Assembly: GCF_009834535.1 (NCBI RefSeq)
Contig: NC_045697.1
Span: 86,802,001-86,866,000, forward strand
Direction: 5' to 3'
Length of the DNA stretch: 64,000 nucleotides
Source of the DNA: Camelus ferus
Taxonomy: Eukaryota
In this document: positions 13,718-26,270 of the stretch, in pieces
Numbering within the stretch: position 1 is the stretch's first letter
Layout of the letters: each line of letters starts with the position of its first letter
The notes under the pieces: generated by a model
Databases searched by the model: none
Told to the model about the DNA's origin: nothing
Seen by the model: only the letters and a program-made list of their open reading frames with translations
Program-made: the position numbers and the translations under genes

Positions 13718-15784
13718 TGACTGAAAACAAAATATCAAAATGTGGAATGGAAAGATATAGAGCAACTTCCATTGGTTACCTCTGGAAGAAGCGCTGGGAA
13801 GTGAGATCCAGGAAGTTTATAAAAGGAGCTCTAGACATATCTGTTACTTTTCTGTATGACTGAAATATTCTGTAATTTTTAAAAGTGGACTTACGAATGC
13901 ATTAGCATGATTAATAAAGAAAAGTTAGGACCAGTACCTCTGCTGGCTACAGAGTGGGCTACGATTAGAGATACCCCAGGCCAGATACTCAAGGGTGTGA
14001 GATACTTTGCCTGATGTAGGAAGATAAGGATTTTGGTGACTTTGTACTATCTGCTTCTAAAATTTTATTAGAAAATAACTGAAGTGAACACAAAACCCTA
14101 AAACCATTACTTTGCCATCTTGCTGCTTCGCTATATACCAGCCTGGCCAATTGTCAGTTCCTCAGAGTATGTTCATGTATCAGAGTGATCTAGTCAAGTG
14201 GAAATATCCTCCATGACGAATGAAGGCTCAGCCTTCCCTCAACTTCTTATCTTGGGGCTGGGTTTCCCTCTAGTACTATTTAGATACACATGTGCTACAA
14301 AAACTTCCACCCAGGAGGAAACTGTTTAGTAAGTCAAGAGCAGTTACTATAATCTCCCATTGACTGAAGATCATATTATAAATAAAAAACAAACATTTGC
14401 CACTGTGCTACACATTTTTACAAGACAGACTGAATATTAGATGTCTTTACTAAAGATAAAACATGCAAATGATACTATATCAAAATACTTATTTTTCTGA
14501 AGACCAAATCTTGCTATCATTCTTCAAGACTCAGGGAAAAAAAGTGTTTCCAATAATATAGTGTGTATGTACACACATGCATACCCAGAATAAAAGACAT
14601 GCAAAATTCAGAATTCTCTCCCATCCTTTAGAAGATAGTCTAAGTCACACTTCTGACAGCTTTCAGGGTTAAAATGGCTTGAATGTCTCTGAGCTGTGTG
14701 GCTGCGTGTCACATTCCATCATGATTGTTCCCACTAAATTCAACAGTGAATAGTAATGAGGAATTTTAAAGGAAAGAAGCAGCAGAGGGGGAAAGAAAGA
14801 AGAAGGAGGAAGGGAGGAAAGAACAGAGAGAGACAGAGATTCATTGCACATTGTTACCATAAATGAAAAGGAAGAGACACTGTAGGTGGGGTTAGCCTTT
14901 CTGGGCCATTCCTGCCTGTGAACAGTGCCCCGGATACCAGCAGCTCTCTTCAGGCACCTCTCTTTCCCTCTGGTTCCCTGCTAGCTGGGCTGGAGCTCCG
15001 TGCTAGGAAAGCCCCAGCAAGGGGAGGGCAAAAGAGGTGTGAGGCAACCAGCTTTTCCATTTCCCGTCTTGGGCTCTGTTTTTCCACCTTGCAGTTTGCT
15101 CTGATTCAGAATGAGAAGGTGAGAACAAACAGAGGGGGCTGACACCATTGGGCCATCTCTCCTCAGTGTGACCAGATCACACAACAGCCACGCCTTGACA
15201 CCAAGAATCCGGGGAACCAAGTCCTGGCCATTCAAAACACCCTCATTTCAACTCCTGATTGGGTTTTGCTCCATGAATGTTGGACTTTCCCAAAGGGAAG
15301 AGTTTGGAGCAGTGGTTGAGCAAACTTCTGGGCAGCCGCAGAGGGCCTGGGTTCTGTCCTCACCAACACTGTCTGCACTTGCCCTGTCTCCCGGGTCCTA
15401 TTAACCACAGCCGATGACACAGGCCTTGTGTTCCTTTTACTCATCAGCCCCCAAATCCACGGGGTTGTGATGGCTTAGCCGCCTTCCTTATTAAAAGAAG
15501 CCAATTGGCTCAGTGGCTGCAGAGGCAAAATGAATCATGGTTAGAAATATTCGTCTCCCCCCCTCCCATGGTAGGTATGATACCACCATTTAAACCATTT
15601 AAATATAGACAAATCGGTCCAATTTGTAAAGCCCTGAAGAGAAAAACTGAGTTTGAAACATTCCTTAAATATGCCAATGTTTAATAATAAACTTTGTGGT
15701 GCAGAAATCTCACATCACAGCCCAGTATATTAATTGACTTTCTTCTTTACACCAAGAGAAAAATATGTTTAAAGTTTAATTACA

Positions 15785-17169
15785 TGGAATAAAGACAGCC
15801 TCTTCAGTAAATGGTGTTGGGAAAACGGGACAGCAGCATGTAAATCAATGAAGTTAGAATACTCCCTCACACCATATACAAAAATAATGGCTTAATGACT
15901 TAAATGTAAGACAAGACACTATAAATCTCCTAGAAGAAAACATAGGCAAAACAATATCTCACATACATCTCAGCAATGTTCTCCTAAGGCAGTCTACCCA
16001 AGCAATAGAAATAATAGCAAAAATAAACAAATGGGATCTAATTAAACTTACAAGTTTTTGCACAGCAAAGGAAACCATAAGCAAAACAAACTGACAACCT
16101 ATGGAATGGGAGAAAATATTTGCAAAAGATGAAACTGTCAAGGGCTTGATTTCCAGAATATATAAACAGCTTATATGACTTAATAAGAAAAAAACAAATA
16201 ACCCAATCCAAAAATGGGCAGAAGACCTAAACAAGCAATTCTCCAGTGAAGACATATGAGTGACCAATAGGCACATGAAAAAAATTCTCAGTATCACTAA
16301 CTATCAGAGAAATGCAAATCAAAACTACGATGAGGTATCACCTCACACCAGTCAGAATGGCCATCATTAAAAAGTCCACAAATGACAAATGCTGGAGACG
16401 CTGTGGAGAAAAGGGAACTCTCCTACACTGTTGGTAGGAATGCATTTTGGTGCAGCCATTGTGGAAAACAGTATGGAGATTCGTCAAAAGACTAAAAATA
16501 GACTTACCATATGACCCAGTAATCCCACTCCTGGGCATATATCCAGAGGGTACCTTAATTGAAAAAGACACATGCACCCCAGTGTTCATAGCAGCACTAT
16601 TTACGATAGCCAAGACATGGAAACAACCTAAATGTCCATCAACGTATGACTGGATAAAGAAGCTGTGGTATATTTATACAATGGAATACTACTCAGCCAT
16701 AAAAAACAATAAAATAAAACCATTTGCAGCAACATGGATAGCCCTCGACAATGGCATTCTAAGTGAAGTAAGCCAGAAAGATAAAGAAAAATACCATATG
16801 ATATCACTCATATGTGGACTCTAAAAGAAAAAAAGACAAATGAACTTATATGTAAAACAGAAACAGACTCACAGACATAGAATACAGACTTGTGATTGCC
16901 AATGGGGAGGGGAGAGGGAAGGGATAAACTGGGAGTTTGGGATTTGCAGATACTGACTGGTATATACAAAATAGATAAGCAAGTTTATTCTGTATAGCAC
17001 AGAGAAGTATATTCAGTATCTTGTAGTAGCTTATGGTGAAGAAGAATATGAAAATGAATATATGTATAATCATGTATGACTGAAGAATTGTGCTGTATAC
17101 CAGAAGTTGACACAACATTATAGGCTGACTATACCTCAATTAAAAAAAATAATAATAATAATAGGAAAA
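15785..17169 (+). mobile_element. 5'-truncated LINE-1 (ORF2 C-terminus, 3' UTR, A-rich tail)
   Basis: ORF 16447..16824 ([11 protein letters not shown]...[25 protein letters not shown]) is the L1 ORF2 end; 14-bp TSD AAAGTTTAATTACA at 15771-15784 and 17170-17183. Confidence 0.93.
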
Positions 17170-17513
17170 AAAGTTTAATTACACTTTCTCTAATAATGCT
17201 GCCAAGGCTTAACAAAAAATATATACGTAATCTAAAAATTTAGAATCAATCACTCAATGTATTTACTGATTGTGTTTTTAAAGGTTAAAAGATAAGCAGA
17301 AAATAATATTAGAGGTACTATTACTTTCTGCAGATGTCTGAACTTGCTAACCATAGGTTGATAGGAACCCTTTGTTTTAAAGTATTAAAGTTTGTGGGCT
17401 GAGTGAGAAGAACAGACACTTCTCTCTCACTTGGACTGTTTCCTTCCAGTGTCAGAGGGCCCCTTCCTCTGGGGCCTCTCTCTGCCCCTTGTCCCAGGAG
17501 AGGAGGTGGACTT

Positions 17514-17974
17514 TGAGGAAGATTGTTTTCAAAAGTGATCACAGTAATTCCTCCCTCCCCAGGCCCTTTACTGTGTGACTTAGCCACTTCTCCTACCAAG
17601 AGGTAGAATTATTTCCCCATCCCTTCAATCTGGGCTGGCCTCAAGATTTCCTCTTACCAACAGAGTGCAGTGCAAGTGATGGGTTTGGCTGCTGAACCTC
17701 TCAGCTCCAGTGGCCTTGCAGCATCTGCACTAGCCCCTGGGGTGCTGCTGCTGCTGCGTAGAGAAACCCAGACTGGACTTCCTAACTATGAGAGAACACA
17801 CGTGAGAGGAAGGCCCGACCCACGGCCAAAGCCAACCACCAGCTGTCCAAGAGAGCTCATCTCAGACCCTCCAGCCTCAGTGGAGCTGCAGATGGCTGCA
17901 GCTACTGTGTGACCCAGACAGGGCCAGCAGGAAGACCTCCCACTGTGTCCACTGCAAATGGATGACCCACAATA
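17514..17974 (+). mobile_element. Old MaLR LTR (MLT1F/G-like), cut off at the adjacent L1
   Basis: MLT1-like phrases (atttccccatcccttcaatctgggctggcc; ccagacagggccagcaggaagacc). Confidence 0.55.
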
Positions 17975-20770
17975 TTGTTTTACTGAGGTACAATTTACAT
18001 ATAACACTTTGAAAGTTTATGGTGTAGTGTGTTGATTTGATTCATTTATATGTTGCAATATGATTAGCACCATAGCTTAAGCTAATGCCTCTATCAAGTC
18101 ACATAATTATCATTTTTTTGCAGTGAGAACATTTAAGCCGAGTCTCTCAGCAATGTTGAAGTATATAGTACAGTACAGTGGACTGTGGTCGCTATGCTGT
18201 GCATTAGCTCTCCAGATCTTATTCATCTTCTAGTTGTAAGCTTGTACCCTTTTAACAACATCTTCCCAGTTCACCCACCTCCCCCAGCCCCTGGTAACCA
18301 CTATTCTATTCTGTTTCTACAAATTCTGCTTTTTTAGATTCCACAAATAAGTGATACCATACAATACTTGTCTTTAGCTTATTTCACTTAGCATAATACC
18401 CTCAAGTCCATCCGTGTTGTGATAAATGGCAGGATTTCCTTCTTTCTCATGGCTGAATAATATTCCATTGTGTGAGAAACACTTAGGTCGTTTCTATATC
18501 TTGGCTATTGTGAATAATGCTACAATGTCTTTTCAACATTCTATTTTCATTTTCTTTGAATATATACCCAGAAGTGAAATGGCTGGATCATATGCTAGTT
18601 GTATTTCTAATTTTTTTGAGGAAACTCCACGCTGTTTTTCATAGTGGCCGAGCCAATTTGCATTCCCATCAGCAGTGCACAAGGGTTCCCTTTCCTCCAC
18701 ATCCTCACCAACACTTATCTCTTGTCTTCTTGATGATAGCCGTTCTAACAGGTGTGAGGTGATATCTTATTGTGGTTTTGATTTGCATTTCTTTGATAAT
18801 TAGTGATATTGAACATTTTTTCATGTCTGTTTGCCATCTGTATGTCTTATTTGGGAAAATGTCCATTTAGTTCCTCTGCCCATTTTTAATCAGTTTATTT
18901 GTTGTTGTTGCTGTTAAGTTATATGAGTTCTTTACATATTTTCAGCATCAACCCCTTATCCAATATATGATTTGCAAATATTTTCTCCAATTCCATAGGT
19001 TGCCTTTTCATTTTGTTCATTGTTTCTTTCTCAGTGCAAAAGATTTTTAGTTTGACATAGTTCCACTTGTTGATTTTTGCTTTTGTTGCTTGAGGTTTTG
19101 GTGTCATATCATGTCCAAAAAATCATTGCCAAAACCAGTGTCAAAGAACTTCTTCCCTATGTTTTTTTTCTAGGAGTTTTACATTATCAGCTCTTATGTT
19201 TAAGCCTTTAATCCATTTCAAATTAATTTTTGTGAATGATGTAAGATAAGGGTCCAGTTTAATTTTTCTGCTTGTGGTTATCCAATTTTCCAAACACCAC
19301 ATATTGAAGAGACTATTCTTTCCCCTTTCTCAGGATTGCTTTGGCTATTCAGGGTCTGTTGTGGTTCCATACAAGTTTTAGGATTGTTTTTGCTATTGCT
19401 GTAAAACATGTTATTGGATTTTTAATAGGGATTGCATTGAATCTATAGATGGTTTTATATAGTGTGGACATTTAAAAAATATTAATTATTATCCATGAAC
19501 ATGAGATATCTTTCCATTTGTGTCTTCAATTTATTTCATCAAGTCTTGTTTTCATTGTAGAGATCTTTAATTTCTTTGGTTAAACTTACTCCTAAGTATT
19601 TTATTGTTTTTGATACTATTGTGAATGTTTTATTTCTTTTTCAGATACTTCATTGTTAATGTGTAGAAACACAACTGATTTCTGTGTTTTGATTTTGTAT
19701 TCTGAAACTTTACTGCATTTATTTATTAGATTCAGCAGTTTTTTTGTTTTTTGTTTTTTGTTTTTTTTTTTGGTTAAGTCTTTAGGATTTTCTACATAAG
19801 ATCATATCATTTACAGATAATGACAATTTTACTGCTCCCTTTCCAAATTGGATGCCTTTTATTTCTATGCCTTGCCTAATTATTCTAGATAGGACTTCCA
19901 GTACTATTTTGAATGGGAGTGGTGAGAACATGCATCCTGGTCTTGTGTCTCATCTTAGAGGAAAAGCTTTCAGTCTTTCACCACTGAGCATGTTGTTAGC
20001 TGTGGATTTGTCATATATGGCCTTTATTGTGTTGAAGTATGTTCCTTCTATACCCAATTTGTTGAGGGTTTTTCTCATGAAAGGGTATTGTGTTTTTCTG
20101 CATATATTGAGGTGATTGTATGTTTTTATCTTTCATTCTATTAATGTGGTGTATAACATTTATTGGTTTGCATTATGTTGAACCATTCTTGCATCCCAGA
20201 GATAAATTCCATTTGGTTATGGTATATGATCCTTTTAATGTGTTGTAGGACTCAGTTTGCTAATATTTTTTTGAGAATTTTTGCATTTATCAGGGCTATT
20301 GTTCTATAGTTTTCTTGTAGTGTCCTTATCTGATTTTGGTATCAGGGTAATGCTGGCTTCATGGAATGAAGACTGAAAGTGTTTCCTCCTCTTCAATTTT
20401 TTGGAAGAGTTTGAGAAGGACTGGGTTAATTCTTCAAATATTTGGCAGAATTCACTATTGAAGCCATGTAGTCTTGGGCTTTTCTTTGTTGGAATGTTTC
20501 TGATTATTGATTCAATCTCATTCATTATTGGTCTGTTAAGAGTTTCTATTTCTTCCAGATTCAGTCTTGGTGGGTTGTATGTTTCTAGGAATTTATCCAT
20601 TTCTTCTAGCTTATCCAGTTTGTTGGTCTATAGTCACTCACAATAGTCTCTCATGATCCTGTGCATTTCTGTAATATCATTTGTAATGTCTCCTCCTTCA
20701 TTTATGATTTTATTTGTTTTTCCTCTTTTTTTCTTCATTAGTCTAGCTAAAAGTTTGCCCTTTCTCTTTA
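17975..20770 (-). mobile_element. Older LINE-1 fragment (ORF2 and 3' UTR) with internal deletions
   Basis: Minus-strand ORFs MDKFLETYNPPRLN...EASITLIPK and MTPKPQATKAKINKW are L1 ORF2 segments. Confidence 0.9.
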
Positions 20771-21329
20771 TATTCTTTATTATGTTAACATTAAAAGTAA
20801 TTTATCCAGATTTTGAATTTTTCCTCCTCATGAAATTTTAAGATGGCAAAAATGACAATTTGATTCACTCTCACAAGAGGTGAAAATTCTCAAGTAGAAC
20901 TTTTTATTGAAAACACCAATCTTTATATGGGATTTGGTCATGGTACTTTTCTGTTTTCCATTTTTATTTGAGTTTAGTTTTCCTATCAGAAGGATATTTT
21001 GTTCTAACAAATTGCTGAATATGTTAAATATATACTTTTCTATTTAAAGGATTTTTCTTGCCCTATTTGTCTACCCCACTTTTTTCTGGACCTTCTCTTT
21101 CCTTCATCTATTTTGTTCTTTCCTGATCAATTTTGATTCAGCTCTGACCATTTTGCCTGAGTGTGGAGCCCTTTAATTGAATCTTTCTTTGAGCCACACC
21201 AAGAAAAAGCTCCAATTAGGCAGTTCAGTATCAAATTACAACAGTCTGTTACTTGTAACAGAGAATATACTAAGTAATATGATATAAATGAGTTTGAGGA
21301 CAGTGTTATGAAAATATAAACTTTAAAAA

Positions 21330-21830
21330 TCTTCTGCCAACCAAGAAAAATTCTCCACAAAGTTAGAGGAGAAAGAGAACAATTTAATGCTTATTACTGA
21401 GTAAGCATTAAACCAGAATGTGATGTGTGTCACTGAGAGATGCAAAAAAATAGAAGGAAATCTCCCCCTTTTACATAGCCAAGCAGATACAACCCATTCC
21501 ATACATGTTCTCAAGATAAACAGTAACTCGTCCTCAAATAAGAGGACTTGACAGCACCATTTATCATACAAAGTTCATCCTAAATACATCTGGTAATTGG
21601 GGCGACCATCTGCATTAACTAATTGGGTTTATCCAAAGGAAAAACAGAGATCTCATCATCTGTATGAAAAGAGGTCATTTTGTAATTTGGAGCAAGGGGT
21701 CTACTCTAATTAGGCTCCCATTTCCTTATAGAAGCTGGGAGGTAAGGGTTCTTTCTTTCTTGGCAATTACATTTCAAAGAGATGGCTTCTCAGTGCTTGA
21801 GGAATGCTTTCAAGTGAATTATTGCAATTG
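21330..21830 (-). mobile_element. Degraded LTR-like element
   Basis: Resembles old ERV1 LTRs; ends not resolved. Confidence 0.35.
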
Positions 21831-22053
21831 CTAGATGCAAATGAAATAACATTAATTCTTCCTTTCATGGTTCTTGTTCCTGTAAGAATGCCTTGGTAAA
21901 TTAGCTTGCCAGTCCTGGTTCTCAGGCTCTTCCAGGGGATTGCCTTGGACATTGACTGTTAGCAGTTAAGAAAATACTATGAAGAGTAATCAATTTACAT
22001 CAACATTTCCACACCTTTATTTTGTGAAGTGCTCCATGAAAGAGTTTCATGAC

Positions 22054-22516
22054 TGTGGCAGAGACTGTTCATGGTCCCCTTCTCTTCTATAAGAATAGAA
22101 TTTTTAACCAGACACATGGCTACATAGAATAAAGACTACATTTTTAGTCCTCTTTTTCAGGTAGGTGTGGTCATGGAATGAAGTTCTAATCAGTAGGATG
22201 TAATCTAAAGTCACGTTGCAACCTCTAGGAAGTGTCTGTAAAGAGAGAAGGGTTTCTCTTCTCTTTTCCATTTCTCTTTCCTGCTAGATGGAATATGGAT
22301 GTATGGATTGGAGCTGGAGCAGCCATGTGGGACCATAAGGTGGTCTTAACAATGGAAGCCTAAGTCATGATACCCTAAAGAGCCAAAGCATCTCTGGACT
22401 ATCTCTGGAATTTTACTTAAGAAATAAATAAACACTTATCTAGTTTAAGACATTAAGACACTGACATTTTATATTTTTTCTGTCACTCTTAGATGAATTT
22501 AATCTTAACTGATACC
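22054..22516 (+). mobile_element. Old MaLR LTR (MLT1J/I-like)
   Basis: tgtggcagagactg...ggagcagccatgtgggaccat...aatcttaactgata. Confidence 0.6.
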
Positions 22517-23046
22517 GTAGTCAAATATATCTGGAGAATATCTTACCTCTTGCACTTCTAGAAGATATTGGCATATAAAGACTTTTAAAAGACCTGCAGC
22601 AAAACAATATTTTGAATTTTGTTTAATCCTCTGTTCCCCAGTGTGTCCTTTTTTTATTAACACATTTCAAGGAGAGTTGATTTCCATTGTATTATTACAC
22701 AATGGAGGCCCCCAGTATAAATCTGGCAGACTTCTGTAACAATACAACTTGGCTAGCTTTGCTGCCATTTGAACAACTAAGATCTCCATTTCCCTCAGCT
22801 TTGTTCTGATCAATATTTAACTCTGTACTTTGTTCAGAGAGGTCTTTCAGAACAGCAATATGCCACTTGAACCCTAGGAGCAAAGAGGGGTTGGGGGTTA
22901 TGCTTCCAAAGCCTATGTTAAGTCATTGCTTAAGTGATTAAGACATCGACAGACATTGTAGGGGATGTATATACTGAATTCTGCTAACTCTGACATCAAG
23001 AGCTTATATTGGTCTTATATTCATTCGTTTCTATAAAAAGTGCTTT

Positions 23047-23320
23047 TGGCTGCCCCTCTCCCTTTGGAGATGGTCCGCATTCTGTCTATGGAATGTGTAC
23101 CTACTTCTAATCTGAGCACCCAACCCCCACACCTCGTGGACTTTCTCTTGCCTTTCAATGTATCTCTCTGAATAAATCTACCTTCACTCAACTGTGGCTG
23201 GCTGTTGAATTCTTTCCTGCATGTAGCCAAGGACCAACACTTGGCAGGGCACATCCCAGGGGCTCAACCGAGACCTGGGACACAGCCCTCCTCATGCCCC
23301 ACATCTGTTTTCCTGCATCA
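23047..23320 (+). repeat. ERV 5' partial LTR (R-U5 only)
   Basis: AATAAA at 23171. Ends TTCCTGCATCA, an imperfect inverted repeat of the U3 start TGAGACAGGAA at 28017. Confidence 0.88.
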
Positions 23321-23326
23321 TATCTC

Positions 23327-23346
23327 TGGCGCCCAACGTGTGGGGC
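23327..23346 (+). other. ERV primer-binding site, tRNA-Lys(CUU) type
   Basis: TGGCGCCCAACGTGTGGGGC versus the tRNA-Lys1,2 PBS TGGCGCCCAACGTGGGGC (2-nt insertion), 6 nt after the end of U5. Confidence 0.85.
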
Positions 23347-23889
23347 ATTTACATAAAGAAGCAGGGCTCAGAGGGCATAATCTCGATCCGCCTATTGGGT
23401 TATGGCTCCCTTCTCTTCGGAGGGTGGCAGGGGGTTTCTCTCACGCCTTGCAGATTCAAGTAGCCCTTAGGTGGCGGCTGACGCTGCCTGTAGGATCTGG
23501 CAGAGACCAGCTCACTAGCCGTGAAGGAGCCCACCGAGCCCAAGTTTTCTCCCCTCAGTCTTTTCTCATTCTCTCCTCTAGCGATCTATCTCTTCGGACT
23601 CAAGAAGATCCACGAAGGTGACCACTCGGACATTAAGACCACGTGGCAAGTAATTGGCAACCTGATTGGGTGAGCTTTCCCTCCATGGCTCTTTGTGCCC
23701 AATTCCACCTCTCTACAGGGCATTGGTCTGGTTCCAGGATGCCGGAACTGCAAAAGGGAGCCCAAATTAGGGGATTCCAGGAGTTTCCCTTTAAAAATTT
23801 GTGGCCCGGCCCTCCCCAAATGCCCTAGGGGCATAGAGCCTCATTGCATCCGTAGACAGGAGTCAGGGCAGGCACTCCCTTTGCAGATC

Positions 23890-24130
23890 GTGGGTTTTGC
23901 ACCCCTGAACGAGAGTTACCGGCGAGTGCTCTGTTCACGGGTCACAGGTTTTCGCACCCCTCGGTGGGGTCGCAGGTTTTTGCACCCCTCGGTGGGGTTG
24001 CAGGTTTTCTCACCCCTTCATGGGGTCGCAGGTTTTAGCACCCTTTGGTGGGGTCATGGGTTTAAGCACCCCTGAGTGAGAGTTGCCGGCGAGTGCTCTC
24101 CACAAGTCACAGGTTATGGTGCCCCTGAGT
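23890..24130 (+). repeat. 28-bp tandem repeat array in the ERV leader
   Basis: Unit ~GGGGTCGCAGGTTTTTGCACCCCTCGGT, in register at 23941, 23969, 23997, 24025 and 24053, plus partial flanking copies. Confidence 0.9.
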
Positions 24131-24419
24131 GGGAGCCACAGGCAGATACTCCCTTAATGGACCTTCGGATCTCTGGTCTAAGAGGCATTGTGGCTATAGC
24201 ATTCCTTTTTTGTTCTAGATTTCCACCTTTCGATGCTATTTGTTTCTCTTTCACAAAACGTAATTTGCTTAGTTGACTCAGGACCTAAGTCTCCTCCTTC
24301 CCTCTAAAGGATTTAGACTCTGGGACTCTAGTCACCTTTTCTCCCTCTGGCCTTTGTTCCTTTCCTTAACTAGTCCAAGGGAGCCACCTCAGGCTCACAG
24401 ATAGGACATCCTAACCAAA

Positions 24420-25946
24420 ATGGGGACAACTACAAGTATCCCAAAGGACCCCCCAGTAGGATGCATATTAATTAACTGGAAAAAGTTTTAAAAGGATAGT
24501 TTAAAGAAAAAGAAATTAATTTTCCTTTGTAATACTGCATGGCCCTGATGCAAACTAGGAGACCAAGAGGTCTGGCCAAAGAATGGATCATTAAATTACA
24601 ATACCATCTTACAGCTAGGCCTATTTTGTAAAAGAGGAGGTAAATGGGGGGAAATCCCATATGTCCAAATGTTCCTGACCCTATACAAAACCCAGGTCTA
24701 AGGAACTCCTGCCGGATATTCCTGGCCCGCATCCCCTCTAAGCATCTCCTCCCACAGGAGCTCAGTATTCTAGATGACCCCCTTATGAGTCCAGCTCCCC
24801 AAGGTCCACAGCCAGAAGTTCCTATTTCCCCCAACTCTGAAGGGGAACAGTCTTCCCCGTCATCTCCCTCACTGGAGGAAAGTCCTGCTCCAGGTGGGGC
24901 CACCTACCAACCTCCTACTACCAAACTCTGCCCCTTAAGGGAAGTGCCAGCCGGTGATGGGGGAACAATCAGAGTTCATGTCTCCTTTCCTATGGCTGAT
25001 TTAGCTACTTGTAAGGAGAAATTTGGACATTTCTTCGAGGACCCCAGTAGGTTCATGGAGGAATTTGTCAGGCTAAAATGGCCTATGAGCTTACCTGGAG
25101 GGACTTACAGGTCCTCCTTTCAACCTGCTGCACTTTTGAGGAAAAAAGCCAGATCCTCGGTGCAGCCTGGGCATATGCTGATGGACTGGCAACCATGGAC
25201 ACATAATCTACCTTACTGGGGGGGGGATGCAGTCCCTGACCAAGACCCCCACTGGAACTACCAATAGGGAGGTAGAGAGCTTGAATGCAGAAACCATATG
25301 GTAACTTGCCTCATAGAGGGGATGAAAAAAATGTGTTGTTAAGCCCATCAACTATGACAAAGTCAGGGAAGTAACACGGGGAAAAGAGAATCCAGCCCTT
25401 TTCCAGGGCCACTTAGTGGAGGCCTTTAAAAAGTATACTAATATTAACCCCGAAACCACTGGGGGGGAAGTCCTGGTAAATACCCATTTTATCACTCAGT
25501 TGGCCCCAGACATCAGGAGAAAATTACAAAAGGCAGCTCTGGGACCCCAGACCCCCATGAATCAGCTTGTGGATCTGGTGTTTGGGGTATTTAACAATAG
25601 AGACAGGGTTGAAGAGGCAAGAAGGATCCAGGGACAACAGCAAAAGGCACAATTCCTAGCGGCTGCCCTAAACCCTGCGCCACCTCAGGGTTACCCTCCT
25701 TCAAGAAGACCCATGGCGAGGACAGGATCCAGGTTGCCTGGGTCAGAGCCACTGTCTTGCCAAAATGGGACCTGTTTTAAGTGCGGCCAGGAGGGCCACT
25801 GGAAGAACAAATGCCCTATGTTTGAAAAAGGTCCATGGGAACCCCGCCCAATATGCAAACAAAAAGGCCACTGGAAGCGGGACTGCCCCCAGTCCCGAGG
25901 GGGGCTTGGGACTCCCAAACCAATGATGGCTGAGGTAACTGAAGAC
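24420..25946 (+). pseudogene. gag: ERV gag, disrupted by frameshifts and stops
   Basis: ATG at 24420 gives MGTTTSIPKDPPVGCILINWKKF (Gly2 matrix start). Capsid motifs LCPLREV, VPDQDPHWNYQ and THFITQLAPDIRRKLQK; zinc knuckles CFKCGQEGHWKNKC and xPICKQKGHWKRDC. Confidence 0.9.
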
Positions 25947-26270
25947 CAACGGGGCCCGGGACCCTCCATGGCTCCCACAGGATACCTGGTCCTTTCTCTG
26001 GAGGAGTCTCAGATAACCCTTGACATGGCAGATAGAAAAGTTTTCTTATTAGATACAGGAGCCGCCTACTCTGCTGACTGATTTCCCTGGACCCTTGTCC
26101 TCCCAATCCTGTGTAGTAACAGGGATTGACAGAAAGCCCCAAACCAAGCGATTTACAGCCCCCCTTAGCTGCCTGCTAAAAAATTTTACCTTTGCCATCA
26201 GTTTTTGCTCATGCCTGAGTGCCCCATCCCCTTGTTGGGAAGGGATTTACTCAGTAAACTCCAGGCAAAA
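25947..26270 (+). pseudogene. pro: ERV protease, disrupted
   Basis: Active-site motif FLLDTGAAYS and C-terminal MPECPIPLLGRDLLSKL. Confidence 0.88.

Noticed and set aside
1..15000. IL21 coding exons expected from synteny
   Set aside because: No IL21-like peptide recognised in the ORF track or by eye; the gene probably lies outside the window.
15959..20646. Several 60-125-aa ORFs
   Set aside because: Sense and antisense translations of L1 fragments.
23890..24130. 28-bp palindromic repeats as a CRISPR array
   Set aside because: Units are contiguous without unique spacers, lie inside an ERV leader in a mammalian genome, and no cas genes are present.
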